A model generated the notes under the pieces. The model saw only the letters and a list, made by a program, of their open reading frames with translations. It was not told where the DNA came from and ran no database searches. Source: Mayamaea pseudoterrestris (lineage: Eukaryota). From it: a stretch of 64,000 nt of DNA. The stretch spans positions 806,001 to 870,000 of the forward strand of contig BROI01000006.1 of NCBI GenBank assembly GCA_027923505.1. Reading direction: 5' to 3'. Positions 1-11,160 of this stretch are shown in pieces. A program made the position numbers and the translations under genes. Numbering within the stretch: position 1 is the stretch's first letter; the number at the start of each line of letters is the position of its first letter.

Positions 1-563
1 TGAACAAGACAATTCGCTTCAACGCCTTGTTCACGAACAAGTAATGGAAGCTCCACAGCCAGAGTTCTTCGCTTGCCATGTCCGCATTGTTCCACGAGTA
101 TATTTCACACTCCTTTAGTTGCATATGCTCATCCAGTGCGTTCCAAAGATCCACAATGAGCAGCGCTTGCGAATCCTCCAATCCGCCCTCCCGAGCACCT
201 CCCGGAATCGCTACACTTGTCGCGCTACAAGTGACATCAGACTCATTCGTGCTGCAAAGTATCGGACTCAACTGCGAGTAAACGGCTTGCATAACATCCT
301 GCAGAGAGACGGATTGAAAGTCGTTTGGCTGGACATTTGAAAAGTCGTAGTCCGGAAAGCTCATGTTCAATGTCAATATGAGATCCGTCATCAACCGACG
401 AGTCGACAAATCCCTCAAGTCTCCGAGTGAGGTAATCTGCTGCGGTAGCTCATATTGACGCGTTGCTAGAGGCAAATCAAACGACGAACTCCGTGGGTGC
501 TTGGCGCGGCTTGTAAGCTTGCCTAAATCTTGACAGATTCCAACGGACTGACTCCGACCTCGT

Positions 564-594
<31 letters not shown>

Positions 595-856
595 TGAGTC
601 GCTGCAAGTCTTCTTCTCCAGCATTATCAAATATTTTACCTACGCTGCTCGCTGCAAGTAACTGCTTCCAGTCACTCTCAAACGTTTCCTGCTGCTCCAC
701 ATATTGATGCTTCAAGTCCGCCGCGTACTTTTTATCATTGCCCGCTCGCTTCATTGTAAAAGCTTCGATGCGTCCCTGAATATGGCGCTGTCCCGTTCGG
801 AATTCTTGCAGCCGCGCCGTTAACTCTGTCAAGGCGTCAACTTGGAGGTACTTCAT
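1..856 (-). CDS. MAF1: Repressor of RNA polymerase III transcription MAF1 (3' end runs off the window)
   Basis: Not in the ORF track. Manual translation from ATG 856: MKYLQVDALTEL...IQGRIEAFTMKRAGNDKK (box A), LILTLNMSFPDYDFS (box B), LWSFHYLFVNKALKRIVLF (box C); the frame is open to position 1. Confidence 0.9.
566..592. repeat. (CTG)9 microsatellite encoding poly-Gln in the MAF1 linker
   Basis: Read directly; in frame as (CAG)9 on the minus strand. Confidence 0.9.
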
Positions 857-1462
857 GCTGCTCTGCTGCTGCAAAACTCCGAATCTTGTTATTGCCGGCA
901 AATTAATTCCCTTCTTTGACGACCTGTTTTGACTCGTACTCTATCCGATCAATCATTCCTCTGCAAGTGCGGTATACAGCAACTGATTTAGTATTTGCTA
1001 TCCGCGTGTAAAGGTTTGTAAATGGATACAGCCTCGTTGCCCTTCTCCAAGACGGAATCGCGTCATGGCAGATTCGGGACGATCACGGAAGATGCAGTCG
1101 TGTTGCGACATTAAAACGCGGCATCTCTAAGTACTTCTCGCTTCCACAGTGCCAATGGTATCTTACATATATGCCTCGAAAACACTATAAAGATGAAGAG
1201 TACTCGCGGTTTCGCGGGCGCATCGGCGACGCTGCGTTTCGCCAACAAGCGACTTTGTAGCATTTTGAAACCACCTTGACGGATAATTTCTTCTGTGAAG
1301 CGGATCCAGACGCACTATATCAAGCAGCAACACGCAATTGACTTCGACTCTCGACTATCTTCCCTTGCAGAGTCCTAGTGAACCAGCTCGCTGCTACAGT
1401 ATCAACCCAACGTCACCGCACCTCCTGAGAACGAACAGCGACCCACCACATAAAGCTCAACC

Positions 1463-2995
1463 ATGCCGACCTTTGGAGACTTGACAGTCATCCCCTCGAC
1501 ACTTGAGGTCGACTACGACAAGAATCTTACTGAGCTTTACCAAGCCATTACCGATCAAAAGTGGGACCGCGCCGCCCAGATTGCTAAGAAGTATCCTGTC
1601 CAAGCGGCCACATGGGTGGTACGCCACTACGAGGATGACGACGAAATCATGTGGCGTTTCCTTCCCATTCACAGCGCCTGCGCTCGCCAACCACCAGCTT
1701 ACGTGATTCAAGCTCTACTCAAGGCCTATCCTGACGGAGCCAAGTGTGTCGACGACCAAGGCATGTATCCGCTACACTACGCCTGCGGCAACCAAGCCTC
1801 GCGCGACGTGATTCGCATGTTGCTCGTCAACTTTCCCGAGGCTGCCAAGCTGCCGGATCCCCGTGGGATGTTGCCGATTCACTACTTGGCATGCTGGGGA
1901 CCGTCCAGTGTCAGTGTCGTTGATATGCTGCTCGTGGCCCATCGCGACGTTGCCTCGTGTCGCGATGAGGAGGGAAACACGCCACTGGATTTGGCGAGGG
2001 AAGGCGATTACCCCGAACGTGCCGCTGTCATGACGGCGTTGAAAAAATGGATGGATGATGCTGGTAGCAAAAAGAGCAGCGGTGGTGGAAGCAGCAAGAA
2101 GAGCAGTCGTGGACTGTCGGTTCATGCTTATGACCAAGAGGAGAAGAAGGAGGACAATGAAGATACAGTCAAGCGAGCCGTCTCGCCAACGCAGGTGAAT
2201 CGTTTGGAGGAGCAGGTACGACAGCTCCAGCACAAGCTCGTTGACAACTCTAAGCAGCGATCACTAAGCAAGGGACGAGGCGCCGAGGACGAAATTTCCA
2301 CCGATGGAAGCAAGGGTATTTCGCGCATTCAACGCGACATTCGCAAGCTGCAGGGCGAACTTGCCCACAAGGAAGCCAATGAGCTCGAAGAAGAAGCTGA
2401 TCGTATCAACTCCAAGATGGACTCGGCTGCGGAGGCGAGACAGGAGGAGCACTACTGGCGAAGAAAGTTCCAGGATCTTGACAAGAAGTATACGGAGCGC
2501 GAGAAGGAACTATTGATGGAGAATGGTGAGCTCACGGACATGCATCACAAGGCCAAAGAGGAACTCAAGCTGGTTCAATCGCGTCTTGATGGCCATGATA
2601 ATGCCGCCAAGCAAAAGGACGAAAAGATCAAGGACCTCGAAAGCAAGCTTGAATCAAGCAAGCTGGAGCGAGATGGTCTTCGCTCCACGCTGGGCGACCT
2701 GATGGAGCAGCATGACAATTTCAAGAAGAAGGCACACAACCTGAGTGACCGCCTTGGCTCCCTCTCAGTGAGTTTGGAGAGCATGATGGACCAACAAAAG
2801 GCACTGGCCAAGGCCATGCAGGAGCGTAACGAACAATATCAGAACGTTCTCCGACAGCGGCAAACCAAGCTGAAGGAGCTGGAGGAGCTCGAAAGGGGAA
2901 TGGAGAAGGATGAGAACATGCTCGAGTCGTCTCTCGAAAAGCAAATGAAGGAGATGGAAGCAATCGCCGCCGTCATTGCCGCGGCACGAGAATAG
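1463..2995 (+). CDS. Diatom ankyrin-like (dAnk-like) repeat protein with C-terminal coiled coil
   Basis: 510 aa. N-cap EVDYDKNLTELYQAI..W..AATWV..WRFLPIHSAC, then ankyrin-type repeats (DDQGMYPLHYAC, DPRGMLPIHY, DEEGNTPLDLA) and an E/K/Q-rich heptad tail. Confidence 0.8.
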   Translation: MPTFGDLTVIPSTLEVDYDKNLTELYQAITDQKWDRAAQIAKKYPVQAATWVVRHYEDDDEIMWRFLPIHSACARQPPAYVIQALLKAYPDGAKCVDDQGMYPLHYACGNQASRDVIRMLLVNFPEAAKLPDPRGMLPIHYLACWGPSSVSVVDMLLVAHRDVASCRDEEGNTPLDLAREGDYPERAAVMTALKKWMDDAGSKKSSGGGSSKKSSRGLSVHAYDQEEKKEDNEDTVKRAVSPTQVNRLEEQVRQLQHKLVDNSKQRSLSKGRGAEDEISTDGSKGISRIQRDIRKLQGELAHKEANELEEEADRINSKMDSAAEARQEEHYWRRKFQDLDKKYTEREKELLMENGELTDMHHKAKEELKLVQSRLDGHDNAAKQKDEKIKDLESKLESSKLERDGLRSTLGDLMEQHDNFKKKAHNLSDRLGSLSVSLESMMDQQKALAKAMQERNEQYQNVLRQRQTKLKELEELERGMEKDENMLESSLEKQMKEMEAIAAVIAAARE

Positions 2996-3289
2996 GAAGG
3001 GGAAGAAATATTTGTTGAGACGAGCTACACACCATTCAACGTTTTGGATGCTCAAAAAGCCATGTCGTGTTGTGAATTATATAAAACACCTTTAGCATAA
3101 CGTCTTATGAGACTTAAAATCTATCTTAGTCACTGCGATCGGCAGATTGCACTTGTGCAGACGAGCTACTGCGCGAAATCTTGACGACGAACAAGATTCA
3201 TAAACGATGCGATGTAATGACGTTCCAAGCAACACATTTTCCCAACTGCCGATCGAAATTTCGTTCGCGCATTGACCATTTTGGTGACA

Positions 3290-4654
3290 ATGGCCAAACT
3301 GACTCGAAGGATGGATCCAAGGATGAAGGACCAGCCATATCCACTACTTCAATTTAAAGCAGTCAACAAATGTAGTAGAGGAACATTGAAGCGAGTTATG
3401 GAACGACTCATCCGACCTTGCGACAGACTACGTGGATCAATTCCAGACGGCTTCTCTGAGAATGCACTCAATGTCGATCTTTCAACCTTTCATCAAGAGC
3501 CGTCACAAGCTGAATCATACGCGCCTTTAATCCACTTTCTAGGAAATTCAATCCTCTGGATCTCTAAACGCGTCTTTATTGTTGGACGCGGTGGGGATAG
3601 AGCTCTGAACGCAGACTCAGAATTCCGACAAACATCCTCCAGTTCTCCCCAGCTCAGCATGACTTGTCGCACCTCGTCTTTTCATCGATCATCAAGAGGA
3701 TCAGCAAGTATAACTGTATGGCTTCAGAATGTTGATGAAGATCAAGAGAGCGTGGAAGAAATTAACGAATCGATGCGCGAAATGGTCGATTCCATGTTGC
3801 ATCTCATGCGCCAATGGAAATGCACTTGTGTAAGAATACAAGTCATTCGAAGCGATCGGACCCTGCATGCATCCGAAGCCGCATTATCAAGGTTGCTTGT
3901 AGGTCCATATATTAGGGAGCTTGAACTAGTCAATGTTGATCTGCTTGGCGAACAATGCCGCGCTCTAGGCCAACTGCGAAATGACCATTTGAAATTGACG
4001 CTTTGGGATGTGACGATGAGAGACATGGCATCATTTAACTCTGGACTGTCTCGGAATCTTGGCCCGAGAAACATTGAGGTTTGGACCATGGCAACGAGCT
4101 CGGGACTTGAAATGCTGGCTTTCTTTGCAAGAAACACTCGATTGAAAGGGCTGGTCTGTGGAGGTGCCGCGGCGTTACAATCGGAGAACATTGACTTGAT
4201 CATTGCTGCACTGGCGGCAAATCAAGGGCTCGAGCACCTGTGCTTGTCATGTTCCATCTCCAGCGAAGCTTGGACTGCTCTTTGGGAGGCGATTGCACTG
4301 CACCCACATTTGAGGCATGCTGATATACGCAATTCATCGAGTGAAATAGAAACGACGTGTATACGAGAATACACGCGAGTTGTTGGCCGATGTATGGAGA
4401 CAAACCAGATCTTACAAAAGATTGACGTTTCTTCTAGGCATCGCGATGCTACTGTATGGCGGCAGCTAGTGCTGCCGGCCCTTGAAACCAACATATATCG
4501 TCCGCGATTCAAGTCCATTAACAGACTCGACAGTCACGACAGTCGCGATGCGGTACTGGCCAAGGCTTTGGCGTCGGTACAGAATAAGCCTTATTTGCTT
4601 TATTTGGCTTTGAATGCTGGTATAACTAACATGGATCAAGACACCTATAGCTAA
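3290..4654 (+). CDS. Hypothetical protein with RNI-like leucine-rich repeat C-terminal half
   Basis: Long ORF, first ATG at 3290. LxxNxxLxxL patterns (FARNTRLKGL, LAANQGLEHL, METNQILQKI) and a helical C-terminal cap. Confidence 0.5.
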   Translation: MAKLTRRMDPRMKDQPYPLLQFKAVNKCSRGTLKRVMERLIRPCDRLRGSIPDGFSENALNVDLSTFHQEPSQAESYAPLIHFLGNSILWISKRVFIVGRGGDRALNADSEFRQTSSSSPQLSMTCRTSSFHRSSRGSASITVWLQNVDEDQESVEEINESMREMVDSMLHLMRQWKCTCVRIQVIRSDRTLHASEAALSRLLVGPYIRELELVNVDLLGEQCRALGQLRNDHLKLTLWDVTMRDMASFNSGLSRNLGPRNIEVWTMATSSGLEMLAFFARNTRLKGLVCGGAAALQSENIDLIIAALAANQGLEHLCLSCSISSEAWTALWEAIALHPHLRHADIRNSSSEIETTCIREYTRVVGRCMETNQILQKIDVSSRHRDATVWRQLVLPALETNIYRPRFKSINRLDSHDSRDAVLAKALASVQNKPYLLYLALNAGITNMDQDTYS

Positions 4655-4725
4655 ATATACAAAAAAGTGTCACGTTATGTACTTGCTAAGCTACTCGTAC
4701 GTTAAAAAGTATTTGTATTGCCTCA

Positions 4726-7700
4726 TCACGGTCGCCACAGTCCTTCGGGAAGCGCGCATATTCCAGAAATATCCTCCTCCGAGTCGTCGTCAACATCGCC
4801 TTCTAACGGAGTTTCGATTACTTCCATCTGGATGAGCGCGTCGCCTTGCGCCATACGTCCGCTGGGACCACCGCGCACGAGAAATGCTTGATATAGCTTT
4901 GCATGCACTGTGCATAGCACCTCCCCATTGTCCCGAGCGAGGACGTGGAAAGTTTGGCTTGCCTGCACTACGCATTGCACAGTCGGCTCGCGTTTATCAG
5001 CCAATGCAGTATTACTGAGAAGCATTTGCATCGATGGACGCCGTTTTAGCTTTGCGCCACCTTCATAATCCATCAGTTCCGCAGCCGTCCCTTTGCTGGT
5101 TGAGCGAAGTCTCCCAACAGTGCGACCAACGGCACCTCTGACAACATTTACACCGGGTGTTTTGGATATAGCTCCCTTAGCGACACGAATGCCACCTCGA
5201 AGACTGCCTGCCGCCGTGCTCTTAGCAATCCTAATTCCTTCATCCGTGAGTTTCCCCGCTGTGCCAGCCACTTTGCCGGCAGCTTTTCCAGCCGTGCCAG
5301 CCATTTTACCCGCTGTTTCAGCAACTTTGCCAGCAGTATCCGCTATTTTACCGGCCGTTTTCCCAGCCGCTCGACTCAGGCGGCTCGCACTGCTACCAAG
5401 TAATGTTGGTTTGCGATGGCCCAGGGCCTCAAATTGCTTGAGCACCAACTCGGATGACATTTCCACGCCCTCACTTTCATCTTCACCTTCCGAAATTGCA
5501 GCATCGAGCTCAATGCCAGCAGTTAACACTAAACTCGTATCTAGCGAATCATCGAGGTGCAGCGCAGCAGAACTTGAGTCATAAGCGAGTGCCATCTGGT
5601 CAACATGCTCTTGGATGCATTCTCTCCATTCAGCAAAATCGGTTTCATTATCAAAGGAAAGAACCAAATCTTCTTTGTCTTTGCGAGTACGTATCGTGAG
5701 TGAATACCGTTCTTCGGCTTCACCTGTCTCGTCAACTCCAATTTCAAGTTTAGCCCCGCTCAAGACTGTCTGGCCGCGCAGACCGCTCGGTCGAGGGAGC
5801 GCAGCTTCGTAGAAGCTCAACACGCCTTCTGACATGACAGCAAAGCGCTTCTTATGACTCTTTGGTGCCTGTTTTAAACGTCGCACCCATAGCCAGCTAC
5901 TCAACTCGTCATCAAAATGTGGCAACTCGTCAGGCAACTCTTCTCCTGCTACTGAAACCTCTAAATTCACTATTTGGTCAGTCTCGTCAATGGCTGAAAT
6001 ACAAACCAAATTTGGATTGTCAAACAGATCATGAACCGCAAGCAGAGTACTATTCTCGTCTCTATGATGAATGACCGCCAGCAAAATGTTGCGTGCATAC
6101 GAGATTGCTTGAAGTTCCGTGAGTTCTGGCGCCGACAATTCCTCTTCCGCAACCACCTTATCAAACTCTAACAGCGCCTTTGTTAAAGCCCCGAAAAGGC
6201 GTTCCGACGCCAAAGTACTCGCTCGAGGAATTTTTATACCATTCAAGCAGAATGTAATAGCCTCTAGATTCTTCCAAAATTCCAAAATTGAAGATTTCAT
6301 TTGCTTCTGAGCTGACGCGTTCGTTTTAGCCCGTTTATGCATTAGCTGGTTGTCAATAGCTCTTGGCTGCTCTACAAGCTTTTGCATGACCCATTCTACT
6401 GGAACGCGGACAGCTTCTTCTTGATGAAAAACCAGTTTCGTAGCATCTAAATACTGCTCTTTCGTTGTCGCCGTTTGAATGTCCGTTTGAATAGCATTAT
6501 AGACTGCCAGGGCTTTGTGATGAGGTGCCAAATCGACATCCCTTTTAGGAGCAATGCTTCCAAGCATTGCAGACTGGATACTCTTAATCCATGCCTGTCG
6601 CTCTTCCTCCGAGTTGGCCATCCAGTACGATGTCGACGCACCTAACACTGACAGTTCAAAAACATATCCAGAATTGTTCTTATTACACAAGCTCGGCTTG
6701 ACTTCGGCATCCGACTGGCGCAAATGTATCATCTTCCTTCCATGACCAGAGTCCTCGTAATAGCATAGATTGCCGTGCCGGAGTTCAACGTACTTTACTT
6801 TCCACTGCGCACTTAACTTCTTGCCGGCACGAGAGCTCAGCCTCTTCAGAGGGCCCTTCTTCCATATGTTTTCGCCGGAATCAATCGAACCTTCAACTCC
6901 GACTTGATCGCGCTCGGCTAGTAATTGCAGCACCGCTTGCAGAAGCATGCCATGCTCCCACGCGAATCGATCAGCGTCATCCACTGCAATATCCTCAGTT
7001 AACATGCAAGCGTCGAGGTAATGCGGCGTGCGCTGACGATTCCCATTAGCTCCCCAGTTGTGAAATTGAAGAGGCAAGGTCGGCATGGTCTCCCAAGCAA
7101 TTTCATTCGAGGCTGGATACTCCCAGTCGGATGAGTAATCGTCCAACGAAAACTCATCATCGTCAGTATCGTTTGCAAACTCATCCGACCCAGCCTCTTC
7201 GTCCTCATTGTCTCCAACGCCAGTGGCGGATCTGGCAATCGTTCCTGCAGCATCTGCTCCGCCTTCTGATTTTTCTTTGCTCCATTTGCGAATGTACTTG
7301 AGCAAACTGGTCGGCAGGGGCGAGGTCATGGATCCGGAATCAATACGTTTATGACGTCCGTGTTCCTTTTTGGGCTTACTGTCTCGTTCAAACAACGACG
7401 AAAGCTCATTCATTTGGTCTTTATGGCTTCGTCGCGGAGTCAGTGGATTGAGCAGCGATACTTTAGCAGCTCCGAGAGACGAAGTAAACTCCTTGGATTT
7501 TGGTGTTTGCGGAAGCAGCTTCTTTAAACCTTTGCGAGTCGCACGTTCGTCGTCCGTCTCGCCTCCGCCTTCATCGTCTGCGTCGCCTTCGAAAGACATT
7601 TCGTCTTCAACGTCAGCGTCGTTCGCGTTGCAATGCCGAGGAGACTTGCTTGGAGCAAGGTGTGCGGACGAAGGACTAGTGGCGCCGTGATGGGTCGTCT

Positions 7701-7977
7701 CCTCCATTTCATTGTCGGACATGACCTCATAGTCTTCATCATCCTCAATGATGATTGAATCTTGGCTTACAAAACCACTTGGCCTGCAGTAATGCTTGTT
7801 TGCTGGTGACGATCCAGAGTCGCTGCCCTCAGAGTAGCTTGGTGCTGAAGTCAATAGTTGGTTGATGTTGTTGACGGATGGATTTTGATTCTGAATCTCC
7901 GTCGGAGAAAGATCCGAAAACGTAATTTCGCCAGAGGAATCGACGAATCGATGTTGGTCTTGACTGCTGCCGAACAT
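4726..7977 (-). CDS. Protein with two PH domains
   Basis: 1083 aa. PH1: KKGPLKR...WKVKYVELRHGNLCYYE...EEERQAWIKSIQ. PH2: SSWLWVR...KKRFAVMSEGVLSFYE...FAEWRECIQ. Acidic disordered N-terminus. Confidence 0.8.
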   Translation of the reverse strand: MFGSSQDQHRFVDSSGEITFSDLSPTEIQNQNPSVNNINQLLTSAPSYSEGSDSGSSPANKHYCRPSGFVSQDSIIIEDDEDYEVMSDNEMEETTHHGATSPSSAHLAPSKSPRHCNANDADVEDEMSFEGDADDEGGGETDDERATRKGLKKLLPQTPKSKEFTSSLGAAKVSLLNPLTPRRSHKDQMNELSSLFERDSKPKKEHGRHKRIDSGSMTSPLPTSLLKYIRKWSKEKSEGGADAAGTIARSATGVGDNEDEEAGSDEFANDTDDDEFSLDDYSSDWEYPASNEIAWETMPTLPLQFHNWGANGNRQRTPHYLDACMLTEDIAVDDADRFAWEHGMLLQAVLQLLAERDQVGVEGSIDSGENIWKKGPLKRLSSRAGKKLSAQWKVKYVELRHGNLCYYEDSGHGRKMIHLRQSDAEVKPSLCNKNNSGYVFELSVLGASTSYWMANSEEERQAWIKSIQSAMLGSIAPKRDVDLAPHHKALAVYNAIQTDIQTATTKEQYLDATKLVFHQEEAVRVPVEWVMQKLVEQPRAIDNQLMHKRAKTNASAQKQMKSSILEFWKNLEAITFCLNGIKIPRASTLASERLFGALTKALLEFDKVVAEEELSAPELTELQAISYARNILLAVIHHRDENSTLLAVHDLFDNPNLVCISAIDETDQIVNLEVSVAGEELPDELPHFDDELSSWLWVRRLKQAPKSHKKRFAVMSEGVLSFYEAALPRPSGLRGQTVLSGAKLEIGVDETGEAEERYSLTIRTRKDKEDLVLSFDNETDFAEWRECIQEHVDQMALAYDSSSAALHLDDSLDTSLVLTAGIELDAAISEGEDESEGVEMSSELVLKQFEALGHRKPTLLGSSASRLSRAAGKTAGKIADTAGKVAETAGKMAGTAGKAAGKVAGTAGKLTDEGIRIAKSTAAGSLRGGIRVAKGAISKTPGVNVVRGAVGRTVGRLRSTSKGTAAELMDYEGGAKLKRRPSMQMLLSNTALADKREPTVQCVVQASQTFHVLARDNGEVLCTVHAKLYQAFLVRGGPSGRMAQGDALIQMEVIETPLEGDVDDDSEEDISGICALPEGLWRP

Positions 7978-8228
7978 GATGGCGAATGGCTTCTATCTTC
8001 TCGTTACTTGTTGTGCTTCAAATTGTTCCGTCGACAACTGCATCATGGTCGCGCGGCGGATGCGGTCGTCGAGCAAAAGTCACAGAAGAGTCATCCCCTA
8101 ATTAGAAAACGTGTTCATTACCGGTACGAGACGACGAACCAACCCGGAAACGTCCGTTGCTGATCGATCATTGCATCACTTTCGCATTTTCCAAGCTTCC
8201 TTCGACCTTCCTCAAAGCTTCAATCACC

Positions 8229-11003
8229 ATGGCGGATGCTCTCATCAACTCTCCCATTCCCTCGCATCAGTCGTTTGAGATGACTGGCGAAGAAGAATTC
8301 GAAATCGAAAAGAAGCCGCGCCGAAACCTCGACTCTGAATTCGTTCAAGCGTCAGCTTGCTTGCAGCACGTCTTGCAGGACACCGGCGGTGCACCAATTT
8401 TTGAAGCTGCGACGGCCACCAAGACGACAAACTCTAGTTCCGCAGCAATGACATTTTCCCATTCTCTTTCAAAGGAGCAAAAGTCCTTCTCGGTTCATCT
8501 CCGTCTTCGGCCTTCCACAACGACGACGATTGAGCTCATCAATGGCACCACGGTTCGAGCGCATCCACCTCGCCAAGGGGCTACCAAGGACTACACTTTT
8601 ACAAATATTCTTCCAGCGACCACGTCCCAGTTTGAAGTGTACCAGGAGACTGCAGCTCCCATGGTACATGGACTCTTCAACTCGGACGCATCGAACAGCA
8701 GCTGCAACAAGGATCACAATCTGAGTCAGCTTGGATCATCCGCTCTTTTATTTTGCTACGGCATTACCAACGCCGGCAAAACATACACTGTCACGGGTGA
8801 CTTGAACCATGAGTCCAAATGGGGCGTCTTGCCGCGGGCGCTCCAGGACGCCTTTCATCGCTCGCAGGCGGCGAAACTCACTCTCCAGATTGCGTACATG
8901 GAGATTTACAATGAACAAGTCTACGACTTGCTGCAGCCTCCCGACAAGTACACGCGCGCATGTCCCCAAGTCAAGATTCGTGAGAATCATTACGGAATGG
9001 CCGTCTGCAAGGGGCTTGTACAAATGACCGTCGAGTCGGTCCAGCATGGACTCGCCCTTGTTCACTCGGCCAAGAGCAAGCGACAGACCTCGAGCAACAA
9101 TCTCAACTCTGGAAGCAGTCGATCGCATTGCATTTGCCAGCTCACAGTCATGGACAATGAGAGCCAGCAGCAAGTAAACATGTGGATCGTTGATTTGGCC
9201 GGAAGCGAGCGCTCCAAGCGAACGGATGCCGGTCAAGCCCGCATGAAGGAAGCATCGCAAATCAACAAGAGTCTCATGACGTTGATGCGCTGCCTCATGG
9301 CGCTTCGCGAGGATTCGAGTGGAAACAGCAACAAACCAAAGGAACGTCCGCCATACCGCGACTCCAAGATTACGCACTTGCTCATGAATCACCTGACTGG
9401 GCCAAGCGCGGGTCGAACCACCATGATTGTCAATGTCCACCCGGCCGAGTGCGACTTTGAAGAGACGCAGCATGTACTGCAGTACGCTGCTCAAGCCAAG
9501 CACGTTGTCGTGAATGCGAATCATCAACATGGCGGCGATTCGAAAAAGGCGGCGGTGCAGTACGGCGAGAATGGACGAAAGATTGTACCCCACGGAAAAG
9601 GAACCATGGCCAAGCTAATTTCCAAGCTTTCTCCGCTCCTATCGCCAGCAGCACGAGCTCGCAAGCGCAAAGGTGACCAAAATGGCAAGGATGCACATGG
9701 CAAGAAATTAAAGCCTGCGGCAGGGCCAACTGCTAGTAGCGCTACCACGATGGCGGCGGCCGCGGTCGGCAAGCCTAAAAATGCGGAACCGTCCAAGGAG
9801 GTTCGTCGTTTGAAGATGCAGCTTTCAGTCCTGCAGGTTGAGAACCAGAACCTCAAGCGTAACAACGAAAGACTCTCAGTCGAGAATGAGTCGCTCAAGG
9901 ACCAGTTGGAAGCGATGGAAGAAAACGTTCGAGCAGAAGTTGTTGACGAGATGGAAGCCAAGCAGATTGAGACGAATGAAAAGTACGAGTCAATCATCAA
10001 CGAACTCAAGCACAACCTGCGCGAGCATGTAGTCAGTGCATCAACAACCAAGAGTACTCGCAAGATGCAGAAGGACCGCGCTGACGAGCAAATCAACGAT
10101 TTGTTGGATAGTTTGGCGGAGAGCAAGGAGGAGAACCAGCGGCAACGAATTGAGCATGATACTGTAATCCAGACGCTGAAGGTCAACCATGAGCAGCAAA
10201 TTGAAAAACTACAGTCCCAAATCAAGACTCTCATGGACGCGAAAGCCAAGTACCAGCTTCGCAAGAATGGAAATATAGCAGACGGCGATGGCGAACCCAA
10301 GGATGCCGATAGCTTGTCCATGGAGTTGCGCGCCGCTCAGTCACAGATTGCCAAGCTCCAGGAGGAAAATGCGAACTATAAAAAGTACATGGGTGATGGC
10401 GACGAAGATGACGGTGACGACGAAGAGGAAGATGACATGGATGATGTTGATGGCGATGATGATGATAAGGAAGGAGACGACGAACAGGCCAGCGATCCGG
10501 AATGCGCAGATGATGACAACGACCAGGAGGAGGAGCATGAAGCCGAGGCGTCTTTCAAACCGGATCTGTTTTCGGAAGCATCATTCTCAGTCAACGTGGA
10601 AACGGAGATTGATTTGGCGCATGAAAATGCCACGGACTTTGCCCTTAATGCGCATGATGCTTCGGATGCGGCAGATGTGGAGGTTTGCAAGCCAGTGAAC
10701 GAACCCAATGAAACACTTGGCGTCACAGACGACGTCAATGAAGACGCGGCCACCATTAACAGCCCGTTGGAGCCGAAGTCGTCATCAGCACACAAGGGTC
10801 GTTTACCTCTGGGTGACGTCGCTCAAAACTTCAGAGAAGCCGAGGACAGTGACGATGAGTTCGGCCCAAATCAATGGCTTTTTCCAAAGAAAGGTCCTAA
10901 GAAAGACGAACAAGGGTCTTTCCTGCGACCTAAAGGACGCAAGCCCAAAAATGCCGAGGATTGGGATTCTCGTAGAGGCGCATGGCGACTCTCAATGGCG
11001 TAG
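8229..11003 (+). CDS. Kinesin motor protein, kinesin-6-like (KIF20/KIF23/MKLP)
   Basis: P-loop LLFCYGITNAGKTYT (kinesin-6-type YG[IV]TN), switch I NSGSSRSH, switch II VDLAGSER, PYRDSKIT; coiled-coil stalk and acidic tail. First ATG 8229. Confidence 0.88.
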   Translation: MADALINSPIPSHQSFEMTGEEEFEIEKKPRRNLDSEFVQASACLQHVLQDTGGAPIFEAATATKTTNSSSAAMTFSHSLSKEQKSFSVHLRLRPSTTTTIELINGTTVRAHPPRQGATKDYTFTNILPATTSQFEVYQETAAPMVHGLFNSDASNSSCNKDHNLSQLGSSALLFCYGITNAGKTYTVTGDLNHESKWGVLPRALQDAFHRSQAAKLTLQIAYMEIYNEQVYDLLQPPDKYTRACPQVKIRENHYGMAVCKGLVQMTVESVQHGLALVHSAKSKRQTSSNNLNSGSSRSHCICQLTVMDNESQQQVNMWIVDLAGSERSKRTDAGQARMKEASQINKSLMTLMRCLMALREDSSGNSNKPKERPPYRDSKITHLLMNHLTGPSAGRTTMIVNVHPAECDFEETQHVLQYAAQAKHVVVNANHQHGGDSKKAAVQYGENGRKIVPHGKGTMAKLISKLSPLLSPAARARKRKGDQNGKDAHGKKLKPAAGPTASSATTMAAAAVGKPKNAEPSKEVRRLKMQLSVLQVENQNLKRNNERLSVENESLKDQLEAMEENVRAEVVDEMEAKQIETNEKYESIINELKHNLREHVVSASTTKSTRKMQKDRADEQINDLLDSLAESKEENQRQRIEHDTVIQTLKVNHEQQIEKLQSQIKTLMDAKAKYQLRKNGNIADGDGEPKDADSLSMELRAAQSQIAKLQEENANYKKYMGDGDEDDGDDEEEDDMDDVDGDDDDKEGDDEQASDPECADDDNDQEEEHEAEASFKPDLFSEASFSVNVETEIDLAHENATDFALNAHDASDAADVEVCKPVNEPNETLGVTDDVNEDAATINSPLEPKSSSAHKGRLPLGDVAQNFREAEDSDDEFGPNQWLFPKKGPKKDEQGSFLRPKGRKPKNAEDWDSRRGAWRLSMA

Positions 11004-11160
11004 AGTTGCGCAGCAAGCTGCTAGCCACCATCATTCATATGGCATAGTCTCCCGTAAATATAAGTCTCTAATTCTAGCTAGGTCTTACCTGATATTTGTG
11101 TATCAATATGTACGAAGCTAAGCTCAATTCCTTTAAGGACCTATAAAATTGTAAGCAAAT

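Noticed and set aside
78..340. Short plus-strand ORFs at the window start
   Set aside because: They are antisense to MAF1, which the track missed because its stop lies outside the window.
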